Assembly: GCA_964583165.1 (NCBI GenBank)
Contig: CAZOVK010000004.1
Span: 785 to 64,784 of the forward strand
Reading direction: 5' to 3'
Source of the DNA: an uncultured Defluviitaleaceae bacterium
GTDB taxonomy: Bacteria; Bacillota; Clostridia; Lachnospirales; WRAX01
Length of the DNA: 64,000 bases
Each line of letters begins with the position of its first letter. Positions within the stretch are counted from its first letter, which is position 1. The translations under genes and the position numbers were made by a program. Under the pieces are notes generated by a model. It did no database searches, had not been told where the DNA came from, and saw nothing but the letters and a program-made list of their open reading frames with translations. Shown here one piece after another: positions 39,507 to 47,062 of this stretch.

Positions 39507-39773
39507 ATGGCTAGGATATACGAGTTTAGGCAGAAAGAGGTCGTCAATATTAAGGACGGCGCGCGCTTCGGTTTTGTGGCGGAGATAGAGATTGACGTGA
39601 AGAAAGGCAGTATTACGAAGATTATCGTGCCCGGCCCCGCGAAGTTCTTCGGCTTCTTCGGGCGCGAACAGGAGTACCGCATACCGTGGGATTCAATCAA
39701 GCAAGTCGGCGAGGAGATTATACTCGTTGAAGTGGACGTTTCTAAGGATAAGATATTGGGACCTTGTGAATAA
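39507..39773 (+). CDS. ylmC: YlmC/YmxH family sporulation PRC-barrel protein
   Basis: KEVVNI.DG.R.G, G.I..IIVP, IPW..I..VG.EIILV. Confidence 0.9.
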   Translation: MARIYEFRQKEVVNIKDGARFGFVAEIEIDVKKGSITKIIVPGPAKFFGFFGREQEYRIPWDSIKQVGEEIILVEVDVSKDKILGPCE

Positions 39774-39784
39774 TTGAGGTGCTT

Positions 39785-40309
39785 ATGGATTACAGAAGTG
39801 AAAGGCGTTACACGTGTTGTTTTACGGGGCATAGACCGCAAAAGTTGCCGTGGGGCGCGAATGAGAACGATACGCGTTGTAAAAGACTTATAAATGATGT
39901 CGAGGCGTATATTGAACAGATGATACAGGGCGGTTATGTGAATTTCATTTCGGGTGTTGCGCTTGGCGCTGATATTCTTTGCGCTGAGATTGTGATTAGG
40001 TTGAGGAAGCTCTACCCGCATATACGGCTCGAATGTGCCATACCATTCCCTAATCAAGCTAAGCTTTGGTCGCCGATTGATGAAAATCGGTATAGGCGGG
40101 TACTGGAGCAATCGGATAAGCGGACAGTCATCTCACCACATTATGCGAAGTGGGCGTTTGGCAGTCGAAACCGCTATATGGTCGATAACTCGTCACTGCT
40201 GGTAGCGGTTTGGGGCGGTGATTTGGGCGGCACGGCGAATACGATTACGATGGCGAAGAATGCAGAATTGGAAATAAAGGTCTTTGGTTTGGCGCAATAC
40301 GCGCTGTAG
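39785..40309 (+). CDS. SLOG family protein (DUF1273/YpsA-like)
   Basis: FTGHRPQKL, SG.ALGAD, IPF..Q, RNRYMVD, GGTANT. Confidence 0.85.
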   Translation: MDYRSERRYTCCFTGHRPQKLPWGANENDTRCKRLINDVEAYIEQMIQGGYVNFISGVALGADILCAEIVIRLRKLYPHIRLECAIPFPNQAKLWSPIDENRYRRVLEQSDKRTVISPHYAKWAFGSRNRYMVDNSSLLVAVWGGDLGGTANTITMAKNAELEIKVFGLAQYAL

Positions 40310-40330
40310 TTTTGGCGTTTCGGAGGTAAT

Positions 40331-41467
40331 ATGAAAATTGCGGTTGTAGGTGGCGGCTTCGCGGGCGCTTCGGCGGCGTTCACTGCGGCAAAAGCAGGGG
40401 CTTCTGTCACGCTCTTTGAGCGCACAGACTTACTGCTTGGCACGGGGCTTGTCGGCGGTATTATGTATAACAATGGACGAATGGACGCGGCGGAACAGAT
40501 GAAGACTCTCGGTTTCGGCGCGTTTTTTGATGTATTGTTTGATTGCGCGTTGCATAGGGGCGTGGACTTTCCTAAGCATGAACACGCGATTTTACTTGAT
40601 GTTACGAGGATAGCGAATGTTGTGTTGAGGGCTTTGCGTCAGGTGGGCGTTGATGTTCACTTGACAGAACGCGTCTTTGGCGTCGAAGGTGATAGTGGCA
40701 AGCTGGATTTCCTATTAACACCGAAAGCGCGGTATGACGCTGATGCGTTCATTGACGCGACTGGTTCAAGCGCGGTAATACGCAACTGTAGCCATTATGG
40801 GAACGGTTGCGCCATGTGTATTCAGCGTTGTCACATGTTTGGAGCAAGGATAAGCATGTCAGAGAGTACACGAACAGCAAAGGGCGCAATGAGTGGCTCG
40901 TGTAAGTTGCTGAAAGAGAGCCTGTCAGAAGAGATTCAACAGGTCTTGAATAAAAACGGTGTCGCGATTATCCCCGTGCCGCGCGAATTGCAGACAGATA
41001 AAACAGGTATCAAGGCGTGTAGGCAGTATGCGGACAACGCGTATACCGAGAATATCGTGTTGCTTGATACGGGCTGTGCGAAGATGATGACGCCGTTCAT
41101 GCCCTATGAGACTCTGCAACAAATTCCGGGGTTCGAAAATGCTCGATATATCGACCCGATATGCGGCGGGCAGGGTAACTCAATAAGGCTGACAGATTAT
41201 GCCGAAACGGATGAAAACATGCGCGTTGTGGGCTACGATAACCTCTTAGCTTGCGGCGAACGTGCGGGGCTACTCGTGGGGCACACCGAAGCCATTGTCA
41301 CAGGCACATTGGCGGGCATCAACGCCGTGAATATAGCAAGCGGGCAGCCGATTTACAGCTACCCGCAAGAAACGGTTATGCACGAACTGATTAGCGCCAA
41401 CCTAAATAACAACTCAACAAGAACCTACGAAAAACTCACATTCTCAACGCCGCCCATAGAACAGTAA
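40331..41467 (+). CDS. FAD-dependent oxidoreductase (GidA/TrmFO-related) with Cys cluster
   Basis: GGGFAG Rossmann motif, LGTGLVGGIM, DATG, IPG.ENAR, GE.AG..GHTEA. Confidence 0.8.
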   Translation: MKIAVVGGGFAGASAAFTAAKAGASVTLFERTDLLLGTGLVGGIMYNNGRMDAAEQMKTLGFGAFFDVLFDCALHRGVDFPKHEHAILLDVTRIANVVLRALRQVGVDVHLTERVFGVEGDSGKLDFLLTPKARYDADAFIDATGSSAVIRNCSHYGNGCAMCIQRCHMFGARISMSESTRTAKGAMSGSCKLLKESLSEEIQQVLNKNGVAIIPVPRELQTDKTGIKACRQYADNAYTENIVLLDTGCAKMMTPFMPYETLQQIPGFENARYIDPICGGQGNSIRLTDYAETDENMRVVGYDNLLACGERAGLLVGHTEAIVTGTLAGINAVNIASGQPIYSYPQETVMHELISANLNNNSTRTYEKLTFSTPPIEQ

Positions 41468-41668
41468 CATCACCATAAACATAAACATGACATCTGCCGT
41501 GCTCATTGGCGCGGCATTTGTCGTGGGTATCGGGGCGTTAGTATTGCCGGGTGGCGCAGCGGTTCTCGGCGGCGTCTGCGCGGGGGTATTAGTAGTTGGT
41601 TTTCTCACTGCTTCTACGGGTTCATCAGGCAATGCCGCCCGCCTGTGGTATCCAAAATCTCGCTCCAT
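41444..41668 (-). CDS. Small Pro/Thr-rich hypothetical protein with hydrophobic C-terminus
   Basis: 74 aa from ATG 41668, GAGGTG RBS, sporulation-type promoter upstream. Confidence 0.5.
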   Translation of the reverse strand: MERDFGYHRRAALPDEPVEAVRKPTTNTPAQTPPRTAAPPGNTNAPIPTTNAAPMSTADVMFMFMVMLLFYGRR

Positions 41669-41709
41669 AAAATCACCTCTTTTGTGAATATATGAAGCGC
41701 AAAAAGCCC

Positions 41710-42756
41710 TTATTCCCCGGTGTATGGGGCCGTTTCGACGTAACTGACGGCATATGAGCCCATTTGTTTCCACGCCGACGCGAAGTTTTCACGCTTTGCG
41801 GCGTTCTCTCGGTTGTAGGGGTCGTTGAAATAGACATAGGTGTCGTCAAAACCCGTCACCAAAACCGAATGCTCGCTGTATGTAGCCTGAACAGGCCCCG
41901 AAGCCGTTTCCCAAGTCTGTAGTGAAGTTTGAGGCAGAGTGGCGTATGTTGTGTTGATAATAACCCAAACAGGTTTCTCACTGCTCACTTGCGCAAGCAC
42001 CATGTCAAACTCACAGCCTGTCAAATCAATGGGGTTCGCGATATATTGTTCTGCCAGACGAAAAATCGGCGCGGCATAAACGCCGTAACCGTTCTTTTTA
42101 GTGTCATACATATCTCCGACAAAACCTACGTTTGGGTTACCATAATATGTGCGCCCGTTTTTGACCGTGAGGGGTGTTGTGTCCTTCTCTATGCGCTCGG
42201 CCAGTTCCATTTTATCAACCTCAATACCGGCGTAATTGAGCATCATACAAAGCGCAGTGACTTCACAACCGCGCGGCAACTCAGGTAACTGCTCAATGAG
42301 TGGCACATCTTCAATGAAATTCGGCGCGGGAACCATGCCACGTGTCCAGAGGACTTGATTTGTGCGCCTGTGTATGACCTCGGCTTGTGCGAAATTCTTC
42401 GTATACGCGACTGCTTCGCTGAGTTTGCCGAAATACTCATACCGCTTATCGCCGATACGAACAGTGAAGGCGGGCAGGTTGTCCCATACCTTTTCGGGCG
42501 CGTCATTCTTCGTTATATACGCATTGGGCAATGAACGTGCGTGAACGATAGCCTCATCGAATGAGTTAAATTCACGCTTATGGTTATTATCAGAAAACAC
42601 ATGAAAACGCTCGCCCTTATCGGCTTCAACAGTAGCCGTAAAACGTGGCGTTTCACGCGCATTCGACATCGCTGACATAAACACACTATAGAAAATTACT
42701 ATGCCCGCAAGCAACGCGACAACGAGCGTGACAACAATTATTAGGATTTTCTTCAT
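41710..42756 (-). CDS. Membrane-anchored C39-like cysteine peptidase
   Basis: N-terminal TM; Q.PELPRGCEVT, EHSVLVTGFD, NDP (Cys-His-Asp triad). Confidence 0.85.
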   Translation of the reverse strand: MKKILIIVVTLVVALLAGIVIFYSVFMSAMSNARETPRFTATVEADKGERFHVFSDNNHKREFNSFDEAIVHARSLPNAYITKNDAPEKVWDNLPAFTVRIGDKRYEYFGKLSEAVAYTKNFAQAEVIHRRTNQVLWTRGMVPAPNFIEDVPLIEQLPELPRGCEVTALCMMLNYAGIEVDKMELAERIEKDTTPLTVKNGRTYYGNPNVGFVGDMYDTKKNGYGVYAAPIFRLAEQYIANPIDLTGCEFDMVLAQVSSEKPVWVIINTTYATLPQTSLQTWETASGPVQATYSEHSVLVTGFDDTYVYFNDPYNRENAAKRENFASAWKQMGSYAVSYVETAPYTGE

Positions 42757-42849
42757 TATTATACCGTTATCTCTTTCAATTTTTCTAATTCTATGCTATA
42801 ACATAATATAGAATCTCCAGAAATATTGCAAGCGTTGAGAGGAAATATT

Positions 42850-44769
42850 ATGTTATTGAATTGTATGGGAATAGCTATGGCTTTTGGCGTCAAAGAAGTC
42901 CTCACGGGCGTCGATTTCACGCTGGAAGAGGGCGAGAAGGTCGCGCTTGTGGGGCCGAATGGCGCAGGAAAGACTACTCTTTTTAAGATATTGACGGGCG
43001 AGTATGAGGCGACGGGTGGTTCAATCGCCATGAAGCGCGACATTCGCATCGGTTATCTGTCGCAGATGACAGAACTAGACCCCGATAGGACGATTTTGGA
43101 AGAGTGCACATCCGTTTTTGCGCCTTATTTAGAAATGGAAACAGAGTGTCGCCGACTTGAGCATGAAATGGCACATTTGACGGGTGACGAACTCGAACGC
43201 GTGATGAATCAATACGCTAAATTGACGCATGAGTTTGAAACGGGCGCAGGTTATGGGTATGAAAGCCGCGTTAAGTCCGTTGTGCGTGGGCTTGGGTTTT
43301 CTGATGAAGAAGCGAATGCGAAAACGTCGCGGTTTTCGGGCGGGCAAAAGACGAGAATCGCCTTAGGTAAGCTCTTGTTGCAGGAACTCGACCTACTGCT
43401 TCTGGACGAACCGACAAACCATTTGGACATGCCGAGTATTGAATGGCTGGAAGATGTGTTCATAAAGAACTACAAGGGCGCGGTTATCATCATCTCGCAT
43501 GATAGATACTTCTTGAATAAGACCGTTACTAAGGTTATTGAGATAGAGTTTGGCAAGTCTAAAAGTTACAACGGCAACTACGAAACCTACGCGCTTCAAA
43601 AAGAGGTTGACCGCGAAATCGAGATAAAACACTATCTGAACCAACAGGCAGAAATCAAGCGGCAAGAGGAAGTCATACGATTGCTCCGTTCATTCAACCG
43701 CGAAAAGAGCATCAAACGCGCCGAAAGCCGTGAGAAAATGCTCGCAAAGGTTGAAAGGCTCGACAAACCGCGCGAACAGAGCGACCCCATGCGGCTTGTG
43801 CTCGTGCCACAGGTTGAGAGTGGCAATGACGTGCTTATGTTATCTGAGGTTAAGAAGAGCTTCGGCGATTTTGTATTGTTCAAGGATGTGAACTTCACAA
43901 TACGCAAGGGCGATATCGTCGCGCTTATCGGTGCTAATGGGGTAGGCAAGACTACTCTGATTAACATGATAATGAATGCGGCTCGTAGCCGTGTGTCGGT
44001 CGGCGTGAGCGGGTTGATACGCTTGGGTACGAATGTTATCACGGGTTATTTCGACCAAGAGTATACAGAACTTAACGAAAACAATACAGTCTTTGACGAA
44101 ATCAAGAACACATACCCGCTTATGAAGCCGGGCGCAATCCGAAACGCGCTCGCGCTGTTCTCGTTCACGGGTGATGATGTATTCAAGGTTATCGCTATGT
44201 TGTCGGGCGGCGAAAAGGGGCGGCTGTCACTCTGTAAGCTCATGCTGTCAAAGGCAAACTTCCTACTTCTTGATGAACCGACAAACCACCTGGATATGAT
44301 GAGTAAGGAAATACTCGAACGCGCTTTAGAAGGTTACGCGGGCACGATTTTCTATATCTCGCATGACCGTTATTTCATCAACCACACGGCGGAAAAAGTC
44401 ATTGAATTGACACCTGACGGCGCAACACTCTATCACGGCAACTATGACTATTACCTAGAAAAGAAGGCAGAAAATGAGGCCGAAGAAAAGTTAGAGAAGC
44501 CCGCTGAAATCAAAATCGCCCGTGAGCAGACCAAGCGCACAAAGAATGACGCAAAGAAACAGGCGGCGGCTCTAGCGAAGCTTGAAAAGGAAGCCCAAGC
44601 GCTCGAAAACGACATTGCCGCGCTGTCAACGCGCCTAGAATCAGAGGCGGCCAGCGACCACGTTCTCGCTTTAGAGATATATAATGAGCGCGAAGAAAAG
44701 GAAATGCGCCTGCTAGAACTTTACGCCCAAATTGAGGACGCGTCTAACTATAGCAATTCCATGTTTTAA
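42850..44769 (+). CDS. ABC-F family ribosome-associated ATPase
   Basis: Two ABC cassettes, each with LLLDEPTNHLD and SHDR; linker and C-terminal coiled coil; no TM. Confidence 0.93.
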   Translation: MLLNCMGIAMAFGVKEVLTGVDFTLEEGEKVALVGPNGAGKTTLFKILTGEYEATGGSIAMKRDIRIGYLSQMTELDPDRTILEECTSVFAPYLEMETECRRLEHEMAHLTGDELERVMNQYAKLTHEFETGAGYGYESRVKSVVRGLGFSDEEANAKTSRFSGGQKTRIALGKLLLQELDLLLLDEPTNHLDMPSIEWLEDVFIKNYKGAVIIISHDRYFLNKTVTKVIEIEFGKSKSYNGNYETYALQKEVDREIEIKHYLNQQAEIKRQEEVIRLLRSFNREKSIKRAESREKMLAKVERLDKPREQSDPMRLVLVPQVESGNDVLMLSEVKKSFGDFVLFKDVNFTIRKGDIVALIGANGVGKTTLINMIMNAARSRVSVGVSGLIRLGTNVITGYFDQEYTELNENNTVFDEIKNTYPLMKPGAIRNALALFSFTGDDVFKVIAMLSGGEKGRLSLCKLMLSKANFLLLDEPTNHLDMMSKEILERALEGYAGTIFYISHDRYFINHTAEKVIELTPDGATLYHGNYDYYLEKKAENEAEEKLEKPAEIKIAREQTKRTKNDAKKQAAALAKLEKEAQALENDIAALSTRLESEAASDHVLALEIYNEREEKEMRLLELYAQIEDASNYSNSMF

Positions 44770-44990
44770 CGACAGTTGACGAAGACACAATCACGAATGC
44801 TTCAACGTGTTGTGGCAAGGAAAGGTGTCAATTAAAACCGGAATTGCGCTAACGAGTATATGTTACAAAAGTGTGACTTATTAAAATCTTTGTTAATTCT
44901 TGAAAAAAGGTTTATTGTCGCGTAATTTTATGTTATAATGAAACAAAATTGTAAGATGAATGCGCGACTTTAATATAGATGGGTGATTGT

Positions 44991-46250
44991 GTGGACTATA
45001 TTGAGATTACCGGCGGCGTACCGCTGTCGGGCGAGGTGAGTATTTCCGGGGCGAAGAACGCGGCTGTCGCGATAATACCGGCGGCTATTTGCGCTCATGG
45101 CGTGACGGTGCTTGAAAACCTGCCGAATATTGAGGACGTACATATCCTCACAGAAACACTCCAGGCGATGAATATAGAGTGTGAGAAACTCGACGACTAC
45201 ACCTTACGGATTGATTCAAGCAAGCTCGAAACACATATGGCCACTTTTGACGCGCTGAAACGCATGAGGGCGTCTTATTACCTTATAGGTGCGCTTCTGT
45301 CGCGCTTTGGGTGCGCTGAAGTCGCCATGCCGGGCGGCTGTAATTTCGGCGACAGACCGATTGACCAGCATATCAAGGGTTTTGAAGCCCTCGGCGCGAA
45401 GGTTTCGATTGAACACGGCATTGTTAAGGCCTACGCCGACGAACTTGTGGGCGCGAATATTTATCTGGACATAGCGAGTGTCGGCGCTACAATCAATATT
45501 ATGTTGGCGGCTGTGACCGCTAAAGGCCATACGGTAATAGAAAACTGCGCTAAAGAGCCTCATGTTGTTGATGTGGCGAATTTCTTGAATATGTGTGGCG
45601 CTAATATCAAGGGCGCGGGCACTGACGTAATCAAAATCACAGGCACAACACAAATGCACGGCGCTAACTATACGATTATACCTGACCAGATTGAAGCGGG
45701 TACATACATGATAGCCGCGGCAATCACGGGTGGTGATGTGACGGTTTCTAACATCATACCCAAACATATGGATTCATTGTCGGCAAAGCTTCGCGAGATG
45801 AACTGCACAGTCACCGATGGCGATGACTTTATACGGGTTTCCACTATGGGGCAGAAACTGAATGCTGTTAATGTCAAAACAATGGTTTACCCGGGTTTTC
45901 CGACAGACTTACAGCCCCAGATGGCATCTTTGCTGTCAGTGTGTGAGGGGACAAGCATAATCACTGAAACGGTGTTCGAAAACCGCTTCCAATATATCAA
46001 TGAGTTACGCCGTCTGGGTACGAAAATCACAGTGGATGGGCGCGTCGCCGTTGTTGAAGGTGTGAAACGTCTGTCTGGCACAGAGGCATTCGCGACTGAC
46101 TTACGCGCGGGCGCGGCGCTCATTGTCGCGGGTTTGGCGGCAGAGGGCACTACGCGCATAGGTAATGTCAAATTCATCGACCGTGGGTATGAAAAGGTTG
46201 AGGATAAGCTCACGAAACTCGGCGCGATTATCAGGCGCGTTGATATATAG
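44991..46250 (+). CDS. murA: UDP-N-acetylglucosamine 1-carboxyvinyltransferase
   Basis: SGAKNA, RAS, PGGC..G.RP.DQH (catalytic Cys), PGFPTD.Q, TDLRAG; GTG 44991 likely (ATG 44979 is the alternative). Confidence 0.96.
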   Translation: MDYIEITGGVPLSGEVSISGAKNAAVAIIPAAICAHGVTVLENLPNIEDVHILTETLQAMNIECEKLDDYTLRIDSSKLETHMATFDALKRMRASYYLIGALLSRFGCAEVAMPGGCNFGDRPIDQHIKGFEALGAKVSIEHGIVKAYADELVGANIYLDIASVGATINIMLAAVTAKGHTVIENCAKEPHVVDVANFLNMCGANIKGAGTDVIKITGTTQMHGANYTIIPDQIEAGTYMIAAAITGGDVTVSNIIPKHMDSLSAKLREMNCTVTDGDDFIRVSTMGQKLNAVNVKTMVYPGFPTDLQPQMASLLSVCEGTSIITETVFENRFQYINELRRLGTKITVDGRVAVVEGVKRLSGTEAFATDLRAGAALIVAGLAAEGTTRIGNVKFIDRGYEKVEDKLTKLGAIIRRVDI

Positions 46251-46262
46251 CTATTAAGACCG

Positions 46263-46314
46263 AACAAAGAACGCGCGTTCACCCACAAAAGGCTGATAAC
46301 GCGCGTTCTTTGTT
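46263..46314. terminator. Long inverted repeat / bidirectional terminator
   Basis: AACAAAGAACGCGCGTT-N18-AACGCGCGTTCTTTGTT, 17-bp arms, between convergent genes. Confidence 0.75.
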
Positions 46315-47060
46315 TATCTTTTTATGAGTTCCCTCAACTTTTCGACGTATCTGTTCGCATATGCTAAACTGAACTGACCGTGCTTCATGCCTTGGGCAAT
46401 GAGTAATTCACTGTCGGGTATTGTTTCATTGAGCTTAACGGCTGATTTTAACATGATGGGTATTTCTTTCTCACCCACGACAACCAGTGTTTTCGCCTTT
46501 GTTTGTGAGATACCTTCTTTCAGTGGGTAGTTGCCGTTACTTAGCGCCATATTGATAAGACTTTGCTTTGACATGAGTTTGCTGTCCTCGAAATAGAGGT
46601 CAAACATTGATTCGGGTATACCCAGCGTTTTAGCCTGTAAAACTGAGAACCAACGACGCTTGACTAAACCATAGAACAGCCTATAAGTCGGCACGGTCAG
46701 TGCCGTGGCGAGCTTTATTGGGTAAACCAGCGCGCTCTCAATAACCGCATACCCCGCGATATTTGGTCGGCGTGACAACACCTCTGTCACAATCTGTGCG
46801 CCCAACGAAAGCCCACACAGCGCAAGAACATGCCCGTCGCAAAACTTGTCAATATAGTCTACTAGCTTGCCCGCCGAATCCTCAATGCTTATGAAGTCTT
46901 CACTGAACGCCTCACCGTGACCGTCAATTATGGGCACTATAAGGTGATAGTCGTTCACCAACCTGTCAACAAGCGGTTGGAGCGACCAAAAGCTCAATCC
47001 ACCGCCATGTAGCAAAACCATTTTAGGTCGCCCCGCCTGACCATGTTCCTTGAAACGCAT
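46314..47060 (-). CDS. Alpha/beta hydrolase
   Basis: LHGGG, GHG, GLSLG nucleophile elbow, C-terminal His (KHG). Confidence 0.85.
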   Translation of the reverse strand: MRFKEHGQAGRPKMVLLHGGGLSFWSLQPLVDRLVNDYHLIVPIIDGHGEAFSEDFISIEDSAGKLVDYIDKFCDGHVLALCGLSLGAQIVTEVLSRRPNIAGYAVIESALVYPIKLATALTVPTYRLFYGLVKRRWFSVLQAKTLGIPESMFDLYFEDSKLMSKQSLINMALSNGNYPLKEGISQTKAKTLVVVGEKEIPIMLKSAVKLNETIPDSELLIAQGMKHGQFSLAYANRYVEKLRELIKR

Positions 47061-47062
47061 AT

